Assembly: GCA_010909165.1 (NCBI GenBank)
Contig: VJWM01000304.1
Coordinates: forward strand, 42,273 to 106,272
Direction: 5' to 3'
From: Anthoceros angustus
Taxonomy: Eukaryota > Plantae > Anthocerotophyta
DNA: 64,000 nt
Shown: one piece after another, positions 11,460-23,300 of the stretch
Layout of the letters: the number at the start of each line of letters is the position of its first letter
How positions within the stretch are numbered: position 1 is the stretch's first letter
Translations under genes and position numbers: made by a program
Notes under the pieces: model-generated
The model's input: the letters and a program-made list of their open reading frames with translations, nothing else
The model's database searches: none
Told to the model about the DNA's origin: nothing

Positions 11460-14400
11460 TGCTTGGACCCGGTAGCCTACGGCGGTAGTCTGCCAGCCTA
11501 CCGCCCCTTCGGGCTGCCTTCTTGTCTTGCCTGGGGGTCGTTTGGACCCGTTTCTTTTCCCAGGATATCCTCTATGCTTTCCTAACAGTATCCTTTAACT
11601 CCAGCTTCCAAGAATTCAGAAAATTCCCAGTCATGATCCCTTCCATCGTTTTTAGCCAAAAAAATGAAGTTCGCACTTCCTCTGGCCCTTTTGGGCTGGT
11701 TGCCCAAACTTTTGCATTCCACGTACTCCCCTCCTCACCGCTTGCGTCCCTAGCAAACAGTATCTCAATAAGGTACTTCTTAACCCGGGAGGAGTCAGAC
11801 GCCCGCTGAGGCGTGAGGAAGGGCGGTTGGTACCCACAAGTTAGGAAGGCGACAAGATCTGGGAAGAGACGAGAGCAAAAGGAGGGGGAGGGAGCCAATC
11901 CACAAAGGGAGCGTCACTATCCCAGCAGGGTGAGGACTAGATATGGTCAAAGACCATAAATGATGGGAGGAAGAATAGAAAGGACAGGTGATGTCGACTG
12001 ACATCCTTCGAGGATGAACTTAGGTGAAGTAGCTAGAATAGAATTTACCTAGAGTCAAACAGTAGACTTAGATGCCAGGCCTTAAATACTGGCGGTAGGA
12101 AACAATAAAATGGTGGAAAAGGTGACCTGCAGTAGGGTCACCCAAAGGAGGTTGTATGTGGAAGGCCTCCTATAAGAGGAGGAGGATTTCACAAAGTAAA
12201 GTATCACGTCTTGCGCTTCCATACTCGCAAGTCCTTTGCCCTTGTAAAGGAATTTCGTGCCGGCTGTGAGCCAACACAGCGTCTGGTAGAGAGGAAGTCG
12301 CGGTGGTCGGAGTGCTTGGTGGAGGGCTTGTTCCCTGCAAGTGCCTAAACGAGTTGCTCCCCTTGTGAATGGTTGCTGTGAAATTGCTTCGCTTTGGGTG
12401 TGTGGCAATGCCCAGGGAACTCTCGGCTTAAGGGTAGACTACAGGAAAGACTGGAGGTTCACCGTCATGTCAAACTCATAGCAACCGGCCCAAGGAAGAA
12501 CTTGCTGGTGGAGGACGACCCCAGGCAGTTGTGCCGTAAGGGCGAGTCGAAGCCAGTAAGCCCAAACTGAGGTTAGAATAGGAGGAAGAGGAGGAGATGA
12601 GTAGAGGATTAGAGTGTAGGTGTTAGTGGAAGGCCACAGGCAGAGCTTAAGGGACGAATCCCAAATCTGCAAGTAAGAGGGCGCTCCCTGAGGGGAGAAG
12701 ATTGGTCTTAGAAGTGGGGACGAAATTGCAGTGTGGATCAGGGGTCCTGTGATAGGCTCGTCGCTAAGGTGACCTCGCAATTGTGTTGTGTCGCTGTAGG
12801 TCGAGGATTGGTGATTTTCTGGCAAAGGTGCAAGTGGTGCACCGCCTGAAGAGGGAGAGTAGAGGGCGCCTTGCTTGTTTAGAAGGTTGAGAAGTTGTGT
12901 CACTGCAGCTAGCGATTGTTTTCCACAAGAATCCGAGCTTTCACACAAGTCTCATGGGACGAAACCCAACGACGGGCGACAAGGGGATAAGTGTGGCGCT
13001 AGAGGGGAAGCCTCAAGCCCGGGTTTCCTCCTACAGCGCTCAAGAATCCAACTCTATGTCCCTCGCCGTGCTTTCAATCTCCGTTACCGCGTCACCCTTG
13101 GTGCTCCAACTTCCAACGCCAGCTTTCTTGGTGCTTTCCAGCAGCTCCTGGCGCCCCTTCACGCTCCACAGCGACTGCCTCTCCTCCACCTCCTTTTCCT
13201 TTCCTTTTCTTCTTCGCCGATTGCCTGGAGCTAAGGTTTCCTCCTAGCCTTCAGCGCACACACAGTCCGTCTCCTTCTCGCGCGCCGCCTTCCCTTCCTT
13301 TGCAAGTCGCGGTGACGATGGCAATGGCAGCCTTCCTTCTCCTCTCTTGTGCTTACGCTCCAGCTCCAGTCTCAGCCCTTCGCGAAGTGCGGACGCCCCA
13401 ATTTGAAGAGAGAGTAGGCGCTGTCCAAACTGCAATTTGCCCTCCTTGGATTGTTGCCACCTGGAGACTTCTCAACCCTAGATTGGGTTTCCCATTCCCA
13501 AATTCCTAATTCTGCCTAAATTACCTATTCCCCTGTCCTATGGATAACCCCGAATTAATTACCTTCTAATTAATCCTATTTATCTATTCCCCTATTGGTG
13601 AGCATATATAGTGGATATCCCCCCTATTCTAATTCCCTTTTCTGGCCGAGATCTCGTCAGCCTACCACGGTAGTCTGCCAGCCTACCGTGGTAGTCTGCT
13701 CTTCCTCTCAGCCTACCGGCATAGTGTGGCAGCCTACCGCCCCTTCGGACTGCCTTTCTATCTCGCCTGGGGGTCGTTTTGACTCGTTTCTTTTCCCAAG
13801 ATATCCCCTCTGCCTTTCTACCCATATCCTACAGCTCCGGATCCAAGGTTCTCAGAAAATCCCCAACATGTCCCTCTTCAATCATTTGCAGCCAACGGAG
13901 GAGTTAGTGGCGACATCGGCCAGCAAACGGGGAATGAAGACTCTTTGAAGATGCTCCATGATAGGTATGGACAAACCAAACAGGAGAAAAGGAGCAAAGA
14001 GGATTCCACCCCAGGGGACGTCGCCGATGAAGAGGAAGGAAGGAAGGGAGATGGGTACCGCATCACCATGGTGGTAGTCGACTACCTCGCCTCGCTGACA
14101 CGCTGTAGGGTCTTGATGGAAGGAGCGCGACCAGGCGGCGGAAGCTGAAAAGGAGGCGCTGCGCGCGGAGGGGGCGAATTGTTGTCTCCTCCCTGGCCCG
14201 GCTCTTCCCTTATTCAGCGGGGTGAGGGAACTCACCTCCCTTCCTCAGTAGTCGGACCCCGGCTCCTTCTCCTCCGCCGGTAATGCTTCTCCCACCGCCT
14301 GCCTCCTTCTCCGGTAGGCCACTGACCCCGGCTCCTTCTCATCCGCAGCCCGGGCCATTAGGGACCCGACTCCCGTCAGCCCCCTCGGGCACTGCCTCTA

Positions 14401-15576
14401 CCCCAGTCTGCAGATCACCGGTGGTAGCCTCACACTGCGGTCCGCATCACCGTGGTAGGTGGTCACTCACCGGGTAGGGTGACCCCTATGAGGCGTGTCC
14501 CCTCCTTACTTTCCACGCCATCTTCCTTCGCGCCAGTTTCTCCTCCGTCCTTCGACTTCCGCTCTGAGTCAGTGTCACTGTGGCCTCATCGGTCTCGAGC
14601 CTCCGCTGCACTTGGGCTCCTTCTATCATCATCATGAGGACCCAATGTCCTCCTCTTGGCCAAACGCAACACTTCGTTGTTGGCCTTCAATATCTTGTTG
14701 TGAAGATGGGCTCCCAAGCTATGGTACTGCATTTGGAGATCGTCCAACTCCGTGGGCCACTCTCCATCTTCACATCTACCCTTGTAGGCATCCCTTGAGG
14801 TGGTCAATTCTCCCACCTTCACATGGAGGGTCACATTCTCCTCCCGTGCTTCCCTTAGCTGGTTGGCCAACTTCGCTTGAAGGGCATAATCTGCCCAAAA
14901 CCCTCGCTTCCTCACCACCAGTATTCCATGCACCACCTTCTTGTGGTACTCTTCCTCCTGGGACCTCCTTCTCTCCAAGTCCCCTAGTTGCTGAGCAAGC
15001 CCTTCCCTCTCCGCTTGCCAAGTACTCTTCTCGCGCTCTAACTCATGTAGTTGCTGGTCTCGAGCTTCCAGCTCCGCGCGCTTCTCCTCCAGATTGTACC
15101 GGGTCCTCCGCAGTTCTTCCTCCATGTCCCGGATTTTGATGGCTTGGGTAGCCATCACCTGCTCCTGCGCGTCCATTTGCTGGACCGCTTGCTTCTCTCT
15201 TCCTAGAGCCTCCGTTTTGCCTTTCTGCTCCTGCTCTAGTTGGGCAAAATGCTCCTCCGCCTTTTGCCTTCACGAGTCCCTTTGAATGGTTGCCGGGCTC
15301 TTCCTCCTGCTTTGGGATAACTTCCTTCCAGACCTTCTCCTCCGCTGGTCCATAAGGTCGGCTGGGTTTTCTCTGACCTTCTCCAACTTGGCTGCCTTCT
15401 CGTCGGACTCCATGGCCTCCAATTGCCACTTGGTCCCTGCCCTTCTCTCTGTCATCTCTTGGGCCTTATTTGCCCGAACTTCCTCTTGACATGCCCACAA
15501 GGAGGCTGCTAACTCCCTAGCCCCCTTCAAGTCTACACGGCTGAGTGCCTCACAAGCACCCAGCAAATCTCCTAGG
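11460..15576 (-). mobile_element. Accessory region of a large Ty3/gypsy (Tat/Athila-like) LTR retrotransposon, left part
   Basis: Coiled-coil ORFs 14586-15176 and 15270-15576, and ORFs 12082-12948. Homologous blocks recur at about 43140-44800 and, inverted, at about 48100-51700 next to gypsy gag/protease. The reading frame joins 24736 onward across the TAGG TSD. LTR limits were not defined. Confidence 0.6.
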
Positions 15577-16030
15577 AACATGCTAATCTTGGAAGGGGGT
15601 TAATATACAGTAAGGGGGTTTTCAACCAAATATCGTCGGAAGGGGGTTTGGGATGGGTCGCATTCTGCTGCTTTGGGCAACATCGGTCAAGGCCTGAAAA
15701 TAAGGGTCGATAAGGGATGAAATTGTCCGGGCGATGTCTCCATCACACAAAGGGTTAGCGAGTTCGCCATCGAATTTGGCATATTCGACCCATGCTTGCT
15801 TACCATAAGTACCGGAAGGACTAAAAGGGAACGGGTTGTTGAGGCATCTAAATAAACAAGGTCTTTTGAAGACATTGCGCAATCTTCACATCATCATTGG
15901 TAAAGAATGGTGCTTCTTTCCGAACCGTCCGAACCCATAGTCTTTTGTTTTGGCAAGAAGGGGCGCTCGGCCGGTGGGCGCGCCACAGCTATCTTTTCAC
16001 GATTTAGGATTTAGGCATGCGTCGGATGGG

Positions 16031-19000
16031 TTATATCTGATTTGAACAAAATGTACAATACAGGGGTGCGGAAAACGGTTTCCATGCTACTAAAAGGATG
16101 GTGAAAAATGGCGGCGTGCCGGTGCCATTGTCCTGTCCTCGCAACCTACGGCCGGAAGTGACTCCAACTTCTTCAACTTCCGATCCGAATGATAGCACCA
16201 GGTGATTCCCTATCACTAACGCGAGCTCCCACTTTGAGCCTAACACTTGGCGGTCGGCACGGACGGTCGAGTAAACCCTCTTGTCTCATGTCCACCGATG
16301 TTTGCCTCCACTTCATACATCTTTTCACTCATCTCCCGAATTGACACCTTCCATGTCCAAGGGCCCGATGTCCTCACCGTCTTCGTCACTATCTTCGGTG
16401 CACTTTGGTGGTGGCTCGATGAAGCCCCGCAATTCATTCAACTTATCACGATCGCTTTTTGTCAATGGAATAGAGATGTTTACGAATTCAAATGAACCCA
16501 TAATACAAGATGACGGTTTTATTGATGAAGACTTCTTGAACATTCTTGAAATTTGCCTTCCCACCCTTTTTCCTTCCAATCCCAATTTGTCTCGGTGGAA
16601 GGGTGCGAATCACATATTCTTCCACGTATCGCCTTCATATGCATCTGTGCTCGATCTGCAGTGAACCAGAAATGAGGCTCTTCCACATCCAACCTCACGA
16701 TTAACTTTCCCAATCCAGAAAGGCCGATTATGCGTATCGCTGGTACAAGGTACTGCGATGAACATCCCTTCCTTTATGTCTTTTACATCTCCATGCAAAC
16801 GTGCCATTTCCTGCTGCTGCCTTCCCAACTGTCGGTAAGGCCCCAAGTACATATCCCGTTGGGGGAGTTCTCTTAGCAACGCCTCCTCTAGGATAGCTTC
16901 ATCGGGAACTTGGAGTGGTTGCGCTGTTTCTTCCGATTCTGCCCGAGAGAACCATTTCCACGGCACTTCTAGTGCGAGCCCAATGTTGTTCTCCACGATT
17001 ATTGCGATTTCTTCTTGGTCCACCCAGAATGCTTCCCACCATCCATATTCCGGTCACATATGGCGCAGCTCAAGCAGACCGCTCTCAAATGTGCCACTCC
17101 TTGGAGATAACCCCGACGTCCCTTTCTTGTCTCGAGCCGGAGGGCCGGTCTTGTATGTATATGGAGGGACAAATTTCAAAAACTCCAACCCGGCGGTTTC
17201 CCAATACATCGATGTCGAATATTGCTTGCTCCTAATTCATCGCATTACAGTCGGTTTGTCTTCTCTGGTGATTTTAAAGCGCTGGAAAGATAAGTTGTTC
17301 AATTTTCTCACCGATGAATATGCTCGCGACCATCGCCTTGTCTAATCGGCCATACATATGACCGGAAGTCCGGACCTCCGCAAAACTTTGATCTCCGGTG
17401 TAGGCGTGTATGCATGAACCGATGTGGGAAGAGTGTGTGCCTCCTTGTGCTTCAAGCTTTTGGAAAAGCAAGAGAACATTTGGTCGATTTGGTCGTGAGT
17501 GTGCCCAACAAGGAGGAACCCAACCTTCACCTTTGAAAAGTTCCCATATCAACTAGCATGTTCAAATCATGCAAAACAACATGGTTCTTGTTTTCCGGCA
17601 AGTGTTGTCAAGCTGCAAATAGAGCACTTTGGGTAGCACTCCTTTATAATTAAGAATAACATCTTGAATAATCACGATTGTCGATTCGCATCGTTCCTCA
17701 AATTGGCATAGTGCAAAAACACTCTTGCTGCGTCGTATAATTGTGGATCATGCAACCCACTACGTGCCGCAGATACACGGTCCTCATCAAGATTCTTTGG
17801 CCAACGCAAAGTGTGGAATCTCGGTCTTCTTGGTCCATTTCTATAGCGAGGAGCATGTACTTATCCGGTTCCTGTAACTCTTTTCACGGTGTTTTGCCAT
17901 TTTTCCCGCTCCTCCTGCAGTGTGCCTCTAGCTGCGATATTTTTCGCCCTACAAACACGTTCCAAGTGTCACATCCTTCCAAGTTTTCACGTTCCCAATT
18001 TCACACATACAAACACGCTTCTTCCACACCACAAGCGAAGAGAATCCATGAAACCCATTGCATACAACAAACCGATGTCGTGGACTATCACCTCTTCACA
18101 CATACATTTACCATCTTCCCCAATCTAAAATGTTCAAAACGTCCACCTTCTAGGTCATATATTATGGTTGGCGAGTTTGAAGGTGGATGGGGCCAGGGCG
18201 CGGTGGCCCGGCCCCTAAACTCGACCAATCAAACCTACAACCAGGGGCCATCCATGAACAAGGACTGCGAGTTTCAAACATGGTACTCGAGCAACTTGAT
18301 GCAGCAGTCGGTCATCCGAGGTGGGCGCCGGGTGGCGCCACCCGACACTCAGTTTTCGAACCATCCGCATACCGGTGCTCGGCGAACTATGGGATGAACG
18401 AAAAACTCCTCCCACCGGAGATGGGTTGTACTAGTGGTAGAGTGATATCTACCTTGATCAACCTTCCGAGTTGTATTCGAATGGTGGTCTTTAACCACGC
18501 ACATATTGAGCGGTCGAGAACTGTTGGATTTGGGAATCTTCACTCTGAAGTTAGATTTCCATAACTTCAAAAACGCGTCGTCAAGCTGCGGACGAGCTTT
18601 GACACCGCTGCTTGTACAATGACCATATCTCCTTTGTATAGGTGTCGCAGGTTATACACCGCACGTTGAAGTCTTCACCATGAAGCGAAAAGCATTATCC
18701 ATCCACGCTAGAGCACCAAGTGCATGGGGACTTATGAATTGGGTTGGTTCGAACACTATCCCACGGGCATTCCTCATGACCCTCCCTTTCGATTCCTCGT
18801 ATCTGTGCCCCATACAATATACTCTTCAAGGCCTTCATGTAGCAGGAACCGATCCCATAACATGCGTAAAAACTCTTTCTTTGTTAGTTTGACTCGGGTC
18901 CCGATGTACGAGGCTTTGAAGAAATGTCTCTTGCTCTTGTGAGGAACCTATATCGTTGCTCAAGGCCTTGCTTGGTCAACCTCTGCATGCACATTTGGTT

Positions 19001-19920
19001 GCAACACGGTTTAAGAAAGTCCGTCACCTTCTCCAGTTCACATTTTGCAAAGACACCCCTGCCCGTCGCGCGCTTGTCCGAGCTTTGTTGTCATCAATGT
19101 CTCACTTAAAGGCTTGGGATGGAATGTTCCGGATGCACCGGAGGGTGAACAAAGTCATCATCCCCATCCTCGATCCACGGATCATTTGCTTGTGGAAGAA
19201 CTCGATCCTGCGGTCATCCTCGCACATCGCTCCTTGGCGGAACAAACCACGGGGATTCACCCCATCTCCCTTCCTTCGTGTCTTCGATGCGGATTCCCAT
19301 CAATGGCGCATATAAGTTCAAGTTCACGGGGTCATGGGCACCCCACGGAATGCCGGAGAGGACGCTTGTCGATGGCGGCGAGCATTACCGCAATACCACG
19401 TGCGGTGTGCATGAGATGGAATCGCCACGGATGGGGTGGACTATTCGGCCACAACATTGTCTTCACCGCAAACAAGGCTTTCTTGTTGAAGGCAAACTAA
19501 CCTTCCGAGTTCGGACTCGTTTTCGTTGCTCATGATCGGGGAAGGGCGGGGCCCCATCGATCTGACCATCCTTGCTCCTCACAAGAGAGTCACCTACCAT
19601 CCGGAAATCAAAGACCCCTCTTCCTCACACGTTCTGCTGCGACAACATCAATGTCGTCATTACATGGGTGAGCAGAGGCGGAGACGATGCAAACCCAACA
19701 CTTGTTCTCAAGTACATGTTCCCCTTGATCGCACAAAGCGTGAGGAATGAACTTTGTGGACGAAAACTCGACCTCTTCGACAACGATGTGGGTGGCGCGC
19801 AACATTGTCGACGAGGACTCCGCACCTCTAACCTCTGGAAATATGGTCCTCACTCTTCACGAGCGTGGTATGCCATGACATAGGCGGCCGTGGTGAAGGT
19901 AAGGTGGAAATGCCATTATG
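16031..19920 (-). pseudogene. Sola-like (DUF7869-type) DDD transposase, frameshifted; ends approximate
   Basis: D1: YMLLAI.MDQ.KTEIPHF (about 17860-17810). D2: LPKVLYLQLDNTCR.NKN (about 17640-17585). D3: KVGFLLVGHTHDQIDQMFS (about 17525-17475). N-terminal Cys clusters; C-terminal EGMFIAVP..PFWIGKV segment. Confidence 0.85.
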
Positions 19921-20391
19921 AGCAAATAAACCGAAAGATCTTCACCGGTAGAACTTGGCGGTGACACCGCCTCTTCATTGTTTTCTCGGCATTGGGGTTC
20001 ACATGTACGGCTTTTGACTTAGGGTCCTATAAATGGTTTTCCATGTAATCATTTCCTTAATTGACATTTATGGTTAGGGTTGCCACATGTGTATGGCGTG
20101 ACCGAGCAGGCGTCATACTTTCGATTCAGTGGAGAGTAACCACGAGAGGCGAGCAAGTTCTTCCGAGCCAGGCAGTGGCGGCCGCCTCGGCGGCATCAAC
20201 TCTCGGAGAAGGACTTTTGGCGCTGTCTCCCAGCACGCGACTTCTCCACGCTGCGATCCTCCGCCATTTCCTCTTCGCCGCGATTCACATAGTCTTCCGG
20301 TATGGCCCCTCCCCCTTCCTGTTCTGCAAATTTCCTTCAAGTTGTGCGACGCTGATTCCTTCTTTGAATTGCGCTGCCTTCCTATGGCAGA

Positions 20392-23300
20392 TTGTATCTA
20401 ATCTCTTCAGGATGGCAAGCGGAAGACGAAGTAGGAAGGAACGTGGAGAAGAGGCAACATCGACCCGATGCCCAAAACCAAGAAATCCGGCGGCAAGAAG
20501 AAGGATGCGGCGGAATTTCGGTGTGGATGTCGGAGAAGGCACGCCTACCTCCGGTGGAGGCGCGAGATACAACCAGCCATCAAGCACCCCAGAGGTAATT
20601 TGTCAATTGGGCATGGGAAATCGGGCAGCCTAACATCCGGGAAGGCCAGCGAAGGAGAAGGAGCGGGGAGACCGAGGAAGAGACCCCACAGGCAATCTGC
20701 AGCGCCTATTCCAACGCCATTTAACTATGAGGATATCTATTGCCATACGGCGGTTGGGGAGCAAGGTGGAGGCCAATGTTCTGCTCGAGAAGGACTGGAT
20801 GTTGACACAGGATGAGGAGCCTTCGGAGGAGAACAATTTTTGGACTCCTCTATTGAAACTGTGGGTCGTAGGGTTCAAGGGGGCCTTGCCAAACCAGAGC
20901 AAGGGCTGGCTGGGTTCTATGGGCGACTGTGGATATGGATGGACGAGAGCCTGTGTTTCAGATGCTGTGCACAACAAAGCCTTTGGTATTTGATCGGATA
21001 AGCGAAGATGAAACCATGTACAAGGCTTATGAGGTCAGCCTACATGGCTTCCAAAGCAAGAAGTGCAGTCCTTCAAACCTGGTGGAGGATTTGAAATGCT
21101 ATCGTCGATATAAGTAAAACTTTGGAATAAGGTTTTCAAGGCGATTGATGCAAATCGTTGTATGTTGGTTTCCATGACTTGTGCCTTCTATCTTGCGTTT
21201 CCTCAATCCTTTTTACATTTTGCGGGATGCTCGCAAGCTAGAGCATTACGACCATATGCGGAAGATTACCGAATCCGTCATCCGGCATAGGAGGAAATGT
21301 CTGGCAGTCGAGCCCGGCTTGAATGTGCATGACGGGCTCACCGGCCGGCGCGGTGCGGCTAGTGAGCTCGGCCCATCGATGAGGAGGATGGGTGTATACC
21401 GTCCTTGGCCACTCCGATGGCGACTTTCGGGAGGCGGAGGATGGAAGGATGCTCCGTTCTGGACATTCCTTTTCCGGCTCCTCCATGGAGGTACCCAGTG
21501 GTCGGTCGGAGGAGGTGAGGCGCCGGCGGCCGCGCCCTCCTGAATAAGTCTTTGGAGACACGTTACGGACTGGGTTTGGGGTTCCCAAGGCACCGAAGGG
21601 TTGGGCGCCGGCCGCTGCTGCACCCTTGCACTTGTTGCGGAAGAGGCGGTGGGCGGCGGTGGGCGGCGCGGTTCTATTGAGGCACCTCCTGTCCGCCCGA
21701 TCCGAGAGTATGGAGACAGGGGACTCGAGTGGGAGAGCAAGGCATGGTGGGCACGCAGGGCATACCGCTCACATAGCGAGGCTCCACAGGGAAGAGAAAG
21801 AAGAAATCCAGGAAGGAAACCGTGAGTGAAGCCCACCAGGAGAACATAGCGACTGTCCATGTGCGGACAGATGAGGAAAGACTTGAAGATGCTATCCGGG
21901 AATCAAACCCATTGACAATAATCAGGGACTCTGCCTATGCCAAGAAAGTTGTTCCGGAGACAGTACTGGTAAAGCTTGAGAATTTGAAGCCAGCATCTTT
22001 TATTACACCAGATGCCCAAATCAGGAGGGTGGACGAGGCATGGTCAAACTACCTAGCCCGAGTTATTCAAGGAAGGATTGAAGAAGGGTTACGCCATTCA
22101 TGCATGATTGACCCGGAGTGCGATATTAGCAAGTTGGATGGCGAAATTCGGGCCAAGAAATATATTATGGGTGTACTTGGGGAACCACACATATCTTGCT
22201 ATGAAGCACTTGGCGATATTGCTCGAAGTCCGTTTTCAATATGTTGAAGCGCATGTATCTGTGGGCTTACGGTGCACGAGATGAGAGTTCTTGCAACCGA
22301 CCATAACACAATGTCGACAAGCGGAAGAAAATGTCTTTTATTGAGCAGTAAGATATTTACGAGATGAGCTTCTTATTGCGCGTCGGGATGGAGTCAGATG
22401 ACCATGTCATGGAAGTTCAATCTTTATAAGGTTCTTGGATTAATTGAAGATGATGAAGGCGCGAAGATGACGTGTACAAGCGAACAAAGTGGACAACAGG
22501 ACACACATCTGCATCGCGCGGGAGGGCAAGGTATGGGATAATATTGATAAGATCTTTTCAAAGTGGGAAGCGGCGAGTTACGAGGCGGAAGAAGCACATA
22601 CTGCGGCACCGGAAGAAAGGGAAGGGAAAAAGGAAAGTCACAGATGATCCCAAACACGTGGAAACAGTGTATTTCAAGCCGAAAGACATGCTCGCGAAAC
22701 CCTTGAAATCATTCCGGTATACCATGGTGAATGTGGGCAGATTCTTGTCACGCAGGGAAGGTCTTGGAGCATCCTCGATCTCAAAGGAATGGAGGACGAA
22801 ATTACTTCAAGAAGAAAGCGCATGTTATTCAAGTGGCCATGGCTAAACATCCGAGTGCTCATCTTCGAGGAAGTGAGGAAGGAATATCCTCTACACTCAA
22901 GCAGACGACATGATTGCTCGGTTTCAAACGGCTTTTCTTTGGGAAGGTGAGATCCGTCACCACGACAATGAGTCGCTTTGGTTTTCGTTTGCATTCGCGG
23001 GCGCCGGCCGGCGCTCGCCATGTCTGCGAGAATGGCGATAGTGGGGGCGCCGGCGCCTCCCCACTATCTTTGATCGCAGGCACACATGTCACGGCGCCGG
23101 CCGGCGCCATGTTCCTGCTCTACCTACCGGTGGGCGGCGGCGGCGCCGGCGCGGCGCACGAAACCAAATTTGTCGATGGAGGTGTGAAGGCGCGGTCGGC
23201 CGGCGTCTTTCACACCCTCCTTATCATCATCCGCTTGTTTGAATACAATAGGAATGTGGTGTCCCCCTAACGTTTTTCTTTCCACAGCGTTGACAAATAA

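Noticed and set aside
11215-11460. AT-rich block as a MITE or Helitron end
   Set aside because: No convincing TIR pair, TSD or hairpin-plus-CTAG terminus could be identified.
15571-15576. Extending the TIR to CCTAGG with an AAAT target duplication
   Set aside because: AACA termini with a TAGG TSD fit better, match the 2.7-kb relative, and restore the host reading frame exactly.
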